Of a stretch of 42,430 nt of DNA, positions 24,149 to 33,600 are shown piece after piece. The stretch comes from a virus (Duplodnaviria > Caudoviricetes). A program made the position numbers and the translations under genes. Where the stretch lies: positions 1 through 42,430 of the IMG/VR virus record IMGVR_UViG_3300035670_000471; one strand, 5' to 3'. Position 1 is the first letter of the stretch. Every line of letters begins with the position of its first letter. Below the pieces are notes generated by a model, which saw nothing but the letters and a program-made list of their open reading frames with translations, was not told the DNA's origin and did not search any database.

Positions 24149-24733
24149 ATGGCCAGCGCCATCGACGTGTGTAACCTCGCCCTCGCCCACCTCGGCGAAG
24201 ATCCCAGCGTCTCGAGCATCGACCCGCCCGAGGGCAGCGCGCATGCCGAGAAGTGCAAGCGCTTCTACCCCATCGCCCGCGACGTGGCGCTGGAGATGCG
24301 CAACTGGTCGTTCGCCATGAAGCGCGTCGCGCTGGCCGAGCTGACCAACGATTCCGACGCCTGGTTCTACAAGTACGCCCTGCCGGCGGATTGCCTGCGC
24401 GCTGTCGGCGTGCTGCAGCCGGAAGTCACCGACGAGAACCAGGACAGCAGCGACTTTGTGATCGAGGGCCAGTACCTCTACACCAACGCCCCCGAGGCGA
24501 CGCTGCGCTACCTCTACAAGCTCACCGACACCACCAAGTTCTCGCCGCTGTTCGTGAACGCGGTGTCGTGGCTGCTGGCCAGCTACCTCGCCGGCGCGAT
24601 CTGCGAGGACAAGAACGTGAAGAACTGGTGTCTGGAGATGTTCGACCGCGAGCTGTCGCTGGGTGCGCAAAGCGTGGCCAACGCCAGCCAGACTACCAAC
24701 ACCTACACGGCCAGCTGGATCGGGAAACGCTGA
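24149..24733 (+). CDS. Tail adaptor (tail tubular protein A-like)
   Basis: IDVCNLALAHLG...WSFAMKR..LA...YALPADCLR...LFVNAVSWLLA pattern. Confidence 0.85.
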   Translation: MASAIDVCNLALAHLGEDPSVSSIDPPEGSAHAEKCKRFYPIARDVALEMRNWSFAMKRVALAELTNDSDAWFYKYALPADCLRAVGVLQPEVTDENQDSSDFVIEGQYLYTNAPEATLRYLYKLTDTTKFSPLFVNAVSWLLASYLAGAICEDKNVKNWCLEMFDRELSLGAQSVANASQTTNTYTASWIGKR

Positions 24734-24734
24734 C

Positions 24735-27485
24735 ATGCCTAGCACGCGCACCATGGCCCGCAGTTTCGCGGGTGGTGAGATCGCCCCGGAACTCTATGGG
24801 CGCATGGATCTGGACAAGTACCAGACCGGCCTTGCCACCTGCCGCAACTTCGTCGCGCTGCCCTACGGGCCGGCGCAGAACCGGCCGGGCTTCGCCTACG
24901 TCAACATGGCGGGCGACAGCAGCAAGCGCGTGCGCCTGATCCCGTTCTCGTTCTCGGCCGATCAGACCATGGTGCTCGAGTTCGGCGAGCAGTACATCCG
25001 GTTCCACACCAACGGCGGCACGCTGCTCGAGGCCACGGTCGCGATCAGCAGCATCGCCAGCAGCACGGTCAACACCACCGGCGCCCACGGCTACTCGGCC
25101 GGCGACTGGGTGTTCATCGGCACGCGCTTCTTCAAGGTGGCGACCATCGTCGACGCGGACACCTTCACCGTCACCGACCTGTTCGGTGTGGCGGCAACGC
25201 CGGTCGGCACCACCTCGGCGCGGGTCTACGAGATCGCTTCGCCCTACCTCGAGGACGATCTGTTCGACGTTCACTACGTCCAGTCGTCGGATGTGCTGAC
25301 CCTGGTCCACCCCGGCTACGCTGTGCGCGAGCTGCGGCGCCTGGGCGCCACCAACTGGGCGCTGACTGAGGTCACGTTCCTGCCGCTGCTCGACGCCCCC
25401 ATCGGCGTCAACGCCCGCGTGGGCACCGGCTCCGGTTCGACGCTCTACCGGTACGCGGTCACCGCGCTGTCCGAGAATGGACTCGAGGAGTCGCTGCTCT
25501 CGGCCGAGGCGCTGGGCACCGAGGTGGACAGCGTCAACGCGGTGACGCAATTCAGCGCCATCTCGATCACCAGCATCAGCAAGGCCAGCACCGGTGTCGT
25601 CACCACGGGCGCCGCGCACGGGCTCGTCGCTGGCGAGCTGTTCTACCTGTCGGGCGTGGCCGCCAGCATGTCTGAGCTGGCCGATGGCTGGTACACCGTC
25701 GACACCCTGACCGCCGTCACCGCCACCACGTTCGGCCTGGCCGACGAGGGCGGCACCGCGATCAACACCACCGGGTTCACGACCTACACCTCGGGCGGCA
25801 CGACCCAGGAGCCGGTGCGACTGACCACCACGGCAGCGCATGGTCTGGTCAAGGACGACCCGGTCTACATCGACCAGATCGTCGGCACGGTCGGCGACTC
25901 GCTCAACGCCACGTTCTTCGTGGTCGGCAGCGTGCCCACCACCACGACCATCACGCTCAAGTCCAGCGACCTCGAGTTCGCCCCGACCTCGGGCAGCTAC
26001 ACCTCGGGTGGCCGCATCACCCTGGCCGGCATCAAGAACGACCTCAACACGGGCACCAACAACAACGTGATCCGCTGGCAGTCGGTGACCGACGCCGCGC
26101 GTTACAACGTGTACAAGTTCCGTAACGGGATCTTCGGCTACATCGGCCAGACCTCGGGCACGAGCTTCACCGACAACAACATCATCCCGGACACGCAGAA
26201 AACCCCACCGGAGCTGTCGCAGCCGTTCGAGGCCAGCGGCGACTACCCGAGCGCGGTGTCCTACTTCGACCAGCGCCGCTGCTTTGCCGCCACGGACAAC
26301 CTGCCGCAGACCCTGTGGATGACCAAGACGGGCACCGAGTCGAACCTGTCCAGCTCGGTCCCGCTGCAGGACGATGACGCCATCATCTTCAAGATCGCCG
26401 CGCGCGAGCAGAACCGCATCCGCCACCTGATCCCGCTGTCGGATCTCATCATGTTGACCGCCGGCGGCGAGTGGCGCGTGTTCACCGGCTCCGGAGATCC
26501 GGTCACCCCGGCGACCGTCGTGGCCCGTCCGCAGTCCTACGTCGGCGCCAACAACGTGCAGCCGGTGACGACATCGATCACGGCCATCTACATCAGCGCC
26601 CAGGGCTCGCTGTTCCGCGAGCTGATCTACTCGGCCGACGGCCTGGGCAGCTACCGCTCGGAAGATCTGAGCGTGCTGACCCCGCACTTGGTCGCGAACT
26701 ACACGTTCGCCGACATGGCGTTCACCCGCGCGCCGATCCCGCTGCTGTGGGCGACACGCAATGACGGCACGCTGCTGGGTCTGACCTACCTGCCGGAGCA
26801 GCGCGTGCGCGCCTGGCACACCCACGACACCACCAACGGCGTGTTCGAGTCGGTGTGCTGCGTGGCCGAGGGCAACGAGGACGTGACCTACGTCGTGGTT
26901 AAGCGGACCATCGACGGCCAGGACGTGCGCTACATCGAGCGCATGAGCATGGCGCCGTTCGCCACTGCTGAGGACGCGTTCTTCGTCGACAGCGGCGCCA
27001 CCTACTCCGGCGCGGCGACGACCACCATCACCGGACTGTGGCACCTCGAGGGTGAGGAGGTCGCGGTGCTGGGCGACGGCGCGGTGTTCCCGAACAAGAC
27101 GGTGTCGGGCGGCTCGATCACGCTGGAGCAGGAAGTCAGCAAGGCGCAGATCGGCCTACCGATCACGTCGGACATCAAGACCCTGCCGCTCACCTTGGAG
27201 TCGGTGCCGGCCATGGGCTCGGGTTATCCCAAGAACGTGCTCAAGGCGTACCTGCGGGTCTACCGGTCCAGCGGCATTTTCGTCGGCCCGAGCTTCGACA
27301 AGCTGGTCGAGTACAAGCAGCGCACGACCGAGGTCTACGGCGCACCGCCGGAACTCAAGACCGAGGAGATCGACGTGCCGTTGACCACGACTTGGCAGCG
27401 CGACGGCGCCGTGTGCATCCGGCAGTCCGCGCCGCTGCCGCTGACCGTGCAGACCTTGACGCTGGAGGTGGCCATTGGAGGTTAA
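24735..27485 (+). CDS. Tail nozzle (tail tubular protein B-like) with inserted beta-domain repeats
   Basis: SFAGGEIAPELYGRMD start, RLIPFSFS, YPSAVSYFDQR, AWHTH, GLWHLEGEEVAVLGDG. Confidence 0.88.
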   Translation: MPSTRTMARSFAGGEIAPELYGRMDLDKYQTGLATCRNFVALPYGPAQNRPGFAYVNMAGDSSKRVRLIPFSFSADQTMVLEFGEQYIRFHTNGGTLLEATVAISSIASSTVNTTGAHGYSAGDWVFIGTRFFKVATIVDADTFTVTDLFGVAATPVGTTSARVYEIASPYLEDDLFDVHYVQSSDVLTLVHPGYAVRELRRLGATNWALTEVTFLPLLDAPIGVNARVGTGSGSTLYRYAVTALSENGLEESLLSAEALGTEVDSVNAVTQFSAISITSISKASTGVVTTGAAHGLVAGELFYLSGVAASMSELADGWYTVDTLTAVTATTFGLADEGGTAINTTGFTTYTSGGTTQEPVRLTTTAAHGLVKDDPVYIDQIVGTVGDSLNATFFVVGSVPTTTTITLKSSDLEFAPTSGSYTSGGRITLAGIKNDLNTGTNNNVIRWQSVTDAARYNVYKFRNGIFGYIGQTSGTSFTDNNIIPDTQKTPPELSQPFEASGDYPSAVSYFDQRRCFAATDNLPQTLWMTKTGTESNLSSSVPLQDDDAIIFKIAAREQNRIRHLIPLSDLIMLTAGGEWRVFTGSGDPVTPATVVARPQSYVGANNVQPVTTSITAIYISAQGSLFRELIYSADGLGSYRSEDLSVLTPHLVANYTFADMAFTRAPIPLLWATRNDGTLLGLTYLPEQRVRAWHTHDTTNGVFESVCCVAEGNEDVTYVVVKRTIDGQDVRYIERMSMAPFATAEDAFFVDSGATYSGAATTTITGLWHLEGEEVAVLGDGAVFPNKTVSGGSITLEQEVSKAQIGLPITSDIKTLPLTLESVPAMGSGYPKNVLKAYLRVYRSSGIFVGPSFDKLVEYKQRTTEVYGAPPELKTEEIDVPLTTTWQRDGAVCIRQSAPLPLTVQTLTLEVAIGG

Positions 27486-27942
27486 GTTCCGCGCGGTGCG
27501 AGAGGGCGACATCGAGGCCCTGCTGGCCGACATGCGCCCGTGCGACCACGACGAGGTGCTGGCCGCCTCGGGCGATGTCGAGCGCGCGCTGGTCGACAGT
27601 GTGCAGATGTCCGAGACGCTGAACGTCATGGAGATCGACGGCGAGCTGGCGTGCATGTTCGGGCTGGTGGCCCTGCCGACAGTGTCACCGCAGACCGCAG
27701 CGCCCTGGATGTTGGGCACCCGGCTGATCGACAGGCACCCGAGTGTGCTTGTCCGCCACTCGCTCGGGTACGTTGAGGCCATGCAAGCCCGCTATCCGCA
27801 CCTGATGAACTACGTCGACGCGCGCAACACGCGCAGCATCCGGTGGCTCAAGCGGCTGGGTTTCCAGTTCCACGAGGCCGAGCCCTACGGCGTGGCCGGG
27901 CTCCCGTTCCACCTTTTCCAGAGGAGCGCACCCCATGTGTGA
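27475..27942 (+). CDS. GNAT-fold protein, T7 gp13-like
   Basis: PWMLGT...LMNYVDARNTRSIRWLKRLGF; position after the nozzle gene. Confidence 0.8.
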   Translation: MEVKFRAVREGDIEALLADMRPCDHDEVLAASGDVERALVDSVQMSETLNVMEIDGELACMFGLVALPTVSPQTAAPWMLGTRLIDRHPSVLVRHSLGYVEAMQARYPHLMNYVDARNTRSIRWLKRLGFQFHEAEPYGVAGLPFHLFQRSAPHV

Positions 27943-28546
27943 TCCGGTAAGCATCTCCGTCGCGGTCGCAGCTGCCACAGGCGGCTACTCCGCTTACACG
28001 CAAAACAAAGCCGCGCGCCAGCAGGCCGATTTCCAACAGCAGGTGGCGAAGAACAACGCCATCATGGCGGAGCAGCAGGCGGATGTTGCCAAGCAGGAGG
28101 CCGCGTTCCGTGGCAACCAAGACGCCATCAAGGCCCAGCGCGAGGCCCAGCGCCTGCGCGGCGCGCAGGTGACCCGCATGGCCGCCAACGGCCTCGACCT
28201 CAACTCCGGCACGCCGCTGGCAATCCTCGAGGACACGGACTACTTCGGCCAGCTCGACGCCAACACCATCCGGCAGAACGCCCAGCGCGACGGTGCGCTG
28301 CAGGCGTGGGGCTACCAGAACGAGGCCGCGAACTACACCGCCAGCGCGAACATGTACTCGGCCGCCGCCAGCAACGCAAACCCATGGTCCGGCGCGTTCT
28401 TCGGTGCCACGGGCTCTTTGCTGTCGAGCGCTGGGCAGTTTGCCGGCAAGAAAGCAGGCAGCGGTGGCAGCAGCAACGGCGGTAGCGGTGGCAGCGGCGG
28501 TGGCGGTGGCGGTGGCGGTGGCGGTGGCGGCGGAGGGGGTAAGTAA
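27935..28546 (+). CDS. Internal virion (ejection) protein, T7 gp14-like, with poly-Gly tail
   Basis: MCDP start; GAQ...MAANGLDLNSGTPL; Ala/Gln-rich. Confidence 0.8.
   Translation: MCDPVSISVAVAAATGGYSAYTQNKAARQQADFQQQVAKNNAIMAEQQADVAKQEAAFRGNQDAIKAQREAQRLRGAQVTRMAANGLDLNSGTPLAILEDTDYFGQLDANTIRQNAQRDGALQAWGYQNEAANYTASANMYSAAASNANPWSGAFFGATGSLLSSAGQFAGKKAGSGGSSNGGSGGSGGGGGGGGGGGGGGGK
28496..28525 (+). repeat. (GGCGGT)x5 microsatellite in poly-Gly tract
   Basis: Five perfect hexamers within a run of 15 consecutive Gly codons. Confidence 0.9.
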
Positions 28547-30688
28547 ATGGCACGCATCCCTCTGTACCAAGGCGCGCAGGTCGCGCCCGACGCCGGACGC
28601 ACCCCAACCGCGCGGCAGCAGATCGCCACGCCGGACGCCGCGTTCGGCAGCATTCAGGCCGCCCAGGCGCAGCAGTTTGCGCGCGGCGTAGGTTCTGGCC
28701 TCAACGCGTTCATGCAGGCCAAGCAGGAGGCCGACCAGACGCGGGTCGACGACGCGCTCAACCAGCTGCGCGAGGCCGAGCTTGACCTGACCTTCAACCC
28801 TGAGACCGGTTACACCAACCTCAAGGGCGTGCAGGCCCTCGAGCGCCCGGACAAGAAGCCGCTGTCGTCCGAGTATTTCGACAAGCTCAACAGCCGCCGC
28901 GCCGAGATCCTGCAAAGCCTGGGCAACGACGACCAGCGCCAGCTGTTCGACGCACGCTCGAACGACCGCCTGACGGCGTTCAAGGGCAACCTGATGAACT
29001 ACGAGGGCGATCAGTTCCGCAGCTATCAGCTGTCGGTGACTGAGGGCACCATCGGCACGGCGACCAACCAGGTCGCGCAGTTCTACAACGACCCGGACAA
29101 GGTCAACGACGGCGTGCTGTCGATCCAGTCCTCGGTCGCCAAGCAGGGCCGGCTGCAGGGCTGGTCCGCCGAGCAGATCACCAACATCAGCCAGAAGCAG
29201 GTCAGCGCCGCGCACATGGGCGCCATCGCGCAGGCCATGGGCCAAGGCCCCGCCGGCGTGATGCAGGCCGAGCAGTACCTGCGCGCCTACAAGGACCAGA
29301 TGACCCCACAGGATCTGCTCAAGGCGCGCGGTGTGGTCGATGAAAAGGCGGCCGAGGTGATCGGCGGCGCCAAGGCCATGGGCGTCATCGGGCAGATCTC
29401 GGCCACCGCCCAGCCGCAGGACATGGACCGCGTCATCAACATCACCATGCAGACCGAGTCCGGCGGCCGGCGCTACGGCAAGGACGGCCAGCTGCTGACC
29501 TCGCCCAAGGGCGCCAAGGGCGAGATGCAGGTCATGGACGGCACCAACCTCGACCCAGGCTACGGCGTCAAGCCGGCGCGTGACAACTCACCGGAGGAGC
29601 GCGCACGCGTTGGCCGCGACTACCTCATGGCGCTGGTGAAGAACTACAACGGCGACCTCGCAAGCGCGTGGGCTGCCTACAACGCCGGCCCCGGCAACGT
29701 CGACAAGGCGAAGGCCAAGGCCGCCAAGGAAGGCCGCGCCAGTGAGTGGATGACCTACCTGCCTAAGCCGCAGGAGACCATCCCCTACGTCCAGAAGAAC
29801 CTGGCCGCCTACCGCAACGGGCTGGGCAAGCCGCCGACCATGACCTACGAGGACGGCCGCAACCGGCTGCTGGCCGACCCGGATCTGCAGACCCGGCCGC
29901 TGGCCCTGCAGAAGGCGCTGGCCAACTACGACACGCAATACGCCAAGTACCAGCAAGGCGTGAAGCGCTCGCAGGAGGAGGCGTTCAACCAGGCGCTGTC
30001 AATGCGCCAGAGCGGCATGGCCATGGGCCAGCTGCCGGCCGAGGTGCTGAACAAGGTCAAGCCGGAAGATCGCGACCGCCTCGCCAAGTACGACGGCGCC
30101 ACCGACCTCACGGTCTACCAGACGCTCGCCGCCAACCCGGACATGGTGCGCCGCATGTCGGACGAGCAGTTCGCCAACCTGGCCGCCGACCTGTCGGACG
30201 CCGACTTCAAGAAGTTCGCCGACCTGCGCGGCAAGTCGGGCAGCGGCAAGGCCGGCGAAAAGGGCGCGCCCAGCACGCTCGACATCAGCGGAATTAGCCA
30301 AGTGCTGAAGCCGCGCCTGCAAAGCATCGGGCTGGATATGAAGAAGGCCAGCGACCAGGTCCGTGGCGGCGCCATCACCCAGCACCTGCACGACCGGATC
30401 CTCGAGCGGCAGGCCCAGGAAGGCCGCCAGCTCACGGATGCCGAGGTGGTCAAGTTCATCGACACCGAGTTCCTGCGCACCCGTGCGTTCAAGGTGCCAG
30501 GCTGGTTTACGCACACTGGGGTGCGCAAAGAGCAACTGTTCGGCATGAAGATCGGCGACATCCCAAGCGCCAGTAAGGAACGCATCCGAGCGGACCTCGC
30601 TGCACAAGGCGTATTGGACCCGACAGATCAGCAAGTGCTGCAAGCCTACTACGAGGCGGATGCAGACATGCCCAACACACGAAGGTGA
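28547..30688 (+). CDS. Internal virion protein with lytic transglycosylase (SLT) domain
   Basis: TESGG...SPKGAKGEMQVM...AAYNAGPGNV...PQETIPYV. Confidence 0.88.
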   Translation: MARIPLYQGAQVAPDAGRTPTARQQIATPDAAFGSIQAAQAQQFARGVGSGLNAFMQAKQEADQTRVDDALNQLREAELDLTFNPETGYTNLKGVQALERPDKKPLSSEYFDKLNSRRAEILQSLGNDDQRQLFDARSNDRLTAFKGNLMNYEGDQFRSYQLSVTEGTIGTATNQVAQFYNDPDKVNDGVLSIQSSVAKQGRLQGWSAEQITNISQKQVSAAHMGAIAQAMGQGPAGVMQAEQYLRAYKDQMTPQDLLKARGVVDEKAAEVIGGAKAMGVIGQISATAQPQDMDRVINITMQTESGGRRYGKDGQLLTSPKGAKGEMQVMDGTNLDPGYGVKPARDNSPEERARVGRDYLMALVKNYNGDLASAWAAYNAGPGNVDKAKAKAAKEGRASEWMTYLPKPQETIPYVQKNLAAYRNGLGKPPTMTYEDGRNRLLADPDLQTRPLALQKALANYDTQYAKYQQGVKRSQEEAFNQALSMRQSGMAMGQLPAEVLNKVKPEDRDRLAKYDGATDLTVYQTLAANPDMVRRMSDEQFANLAADLSDADFKKFADLRGKSGSGKAGEKGAPSTLDISGISQVLKPRLQSIGLDMKKASDQVRGGAITQHLHDRILERQAQEGRQLTDAEVVKFIDTEFLRTRAFKVPGWFTHTGVRKEQLFGMKIGDIPSASKERIRADLAAQGVLDPTDQQVLQAYYEADADMPNTRR

Positions 30689-33600
30689 CGCCCATGGCCG
30701 GTGAACAGCTCGACCCCCAAGTCAACAACCTGGCGCGAGAGCTGGACACCAGCCTGTCACTGGTGGCGAACGATCCTATCGCCGGTGACACTGAGGCGCA
30801 GCTGCGTGCAGCATCTGCCAAGCTCGGCATCCCGTTGGACAGCGCACGCTCGGTGCCGGACGAAACCCTCAAGGCCAGCGAGCGCGCGTCGTTCAACCCC
30901 AGCGACTTCGCCACCCGGTTCCCCTCGACCGCCAAGTACCTGTCCAACATCGACAACGCCCGGCTGTCGGCCGACGACCGCGAGCCGCTGGCCGCTGTCG
31001 AGCAGGTGGTGCGCCGTCCGCGCGTGCCGCAGGACGAGGGTGACACCAGCTTCGCGGGTGTGTTCCCGCGCGCCACCGCGCGCCTGGGCACCATCGCTGA
31101 ATCCGGCGGCTACCTGCTCAACCGGCTGCTGACCAACATCGGGTCCGTGTTCCTGCCGGAGCCGCGCATGCCGGCCGATGGACCCATCGACGCCAGCGGC
31201 CAGGCCCGCAGCGCGCTGTCGCAAGCGATCCGCAACTACAACGCCATCCCCAAGGACAACCGCATCAGCATCGCGGCCGACCTGTACAACCAGGCGGTTG
31301 AGCAGGGCCGGCAGCTCGGCGGCGTCGGCGATGTCGTCAAGTACCTGGTCGAGAACCCGACCGCTGTCACCAACCTGCTGACCGAGGAAGTCATCGTCGG
31401 CCTGCCCTTCGCGCTCGCCGGCGGTGCCACTGTGGGCGGTCTCACCGCGAACGTGGGCAACCGCCTGCTCGCCGGTGCGGCTGTCGAGGGCGTGGCCTCC
31501 GGCGCCGCCACCGCAGCGGGCACCTACTCGGCCGAGGTCGCGCAGCGCTTCCAGCAGAACGGCGGCGACCTCGATGAGGCCGTGGCATACGCCGCCACCA
31601 AGGGCGTGGTCGAGGGTGGCGTCAACGCCGTGTTCGCCGGCATCGGTGGCGCCATCCCGCTGGGCTCGACGTTCGGCCAGCGCGCTGCGGCGGTCGGCGG
31701 ACGTGTCGCCGCGCAAGCCGCTGGCGGCGCAGCAGGCGCTGCGGCTGCCGCTGCGGCCGTGGGTGAGCAAGCCTCACCCGGCGAGCTGCTGCTCGAGGGT
31801 CTGCTCGAGGGCGTGGGCGCACCGATTGACCTCGCCGTCGCGGCGACGGTCAGCGTGCAGGAACGCCAGGCCCAGCGCCAGGCGCAGGCCGAGGAGGCCA
31901 CGGTCAACGCCGACCAGCTGGGCGAGCTGCTGACCGCAGCGGCCGCCAGCCAGACCCGCCTGCGTGATCCGCAGACCTTCGCGCAGCTGGTGCAGCAGGC
32001 GGCCGAGGACGCCGGCAGCGCACCGACCGAGCTGTTCATCGACGCGCAGCCGCTGGTGCAGATCCTGGAGCAAGCCGGCGTGACCCCGGAGCAGCTGGCC
32101 ACCATGCTGCCGAGCGTGGCCGAGCAGATCGATGAGGCGCTGGCCACCGACGGCACGGTCACCATCCCGGTGGGCGAGGCGGTCACCGCGTTCGCGGGCA
32201 GCGGTGTTGAGCAGGAGCTAGTGCGCAACGCCCGCACCACCGCCGACGCGATCAGCGTCGCCGACGCCGAGGCGGCTGCCGCCACGACCGAGGCCCTGAG
32301 CGAGGAGGCGCAGCAGATCATCGCCGAGCAGCAGGAGCGCGAGGCATGGGACACCAGCGCCCAGCAGGTGTTCGATCAGATGACGGCGGACCTCAACACC
32401 GCCGGCCGCTTCACGCCGGATGTGAACAAAGCCTACGCCACCATCGTGCGCGACTTCTTCACGGTGCAGGCTGGCAAGCTCGGCACCATGCCGGACCAGC
32501 TGTTCAGCCGCTACCGCATCCGTGTGGGCGCGCAGCAGCGCGGTGGGGCGGTGTTGAATCAGCCGACCGAAATATCCGCAGAAATATCCGCAGAAGCATC
32601 CGCAAACCAAGCGGAAAGGGCCGCAGCTGCGGGCTCTGAGCGATCAGAGATATCGGCGACGCGCGCCCTCCCCGAGACCATCGAGATCGACGGCGTGCAG
32701 CGCTCGACGCGCAACAGCAACGGCAAGCCGATTGCCTTCACCGAGGAGGGGCTGCGCGACTTCTGGGCGTGGTTCGGTGACAGCAAGGTGGTCGATGCCG
32801 AGGGCCGACCGCTGGTGGTGTACCGAGGCGGGCCGACTGAAAACTGGCGCGACGGTTCGCAGATCGACGCGTTTGACAGCCCTAACGGACCCTGGGCCGG
32901 CTTTTTCACGTCATCGCCGGAGGTGGCCAGTCGGTTTGCCGAGGCGCAGCTGCCGATGACCATGCGCGGCGGTTCGCCTGCCGGGGTGTTTCCGGCTTAC
33001 CTGTCACTGCAAGATCCTCTGGTTGTGGATGCTGCCGGAGCACCAGCGCGTGAATTTCAGATTGACGCCAGTGTGATCGGCAAGACGGACAGCCCTATCC
33101 GGGAGCAAATGCTTTCTGGCGGATACGACGGACTGCTGCTGTCGAACACTGCGGACGAGGCTGATGTTTTCGTTGCGCTCGACCCCACCCAGATCAAGTC
33201 CGCCACCGGCAACTCGGGCGCGTTCGACCCGGCCAACCCCAGCATCGTGATGCAGGACCAAGCCGACCAGGGCGGCGCCCGCGCCACCTTCAACCCGGCG
33301 ACGCTGGAGATCAACCTGCTGGAAAAGGCCGACCTGTCGAGCTTCCTGCACGAGCTGGGTCATGCGTTCCTCGAGATCCAGGCCACCATCGCCGCGCAGC
33401 CCGACGCACCGGCTGCCATCACCCAGGACATGCAGACCGTGTTCGACGCCGTGGGTTACACCGGCACGGCGCAAGACTGGATACGCCTGCCGGTGAGCGA
33501 GCGCCGCATCGCGCATGAGACCGTCGCCGAGTCCTTCGAGCAGTACCTGTTCGAGGGCAAGGCCCCGACGCTCGAGCAGCAGGCGCTGTTCGCGAAGCTG

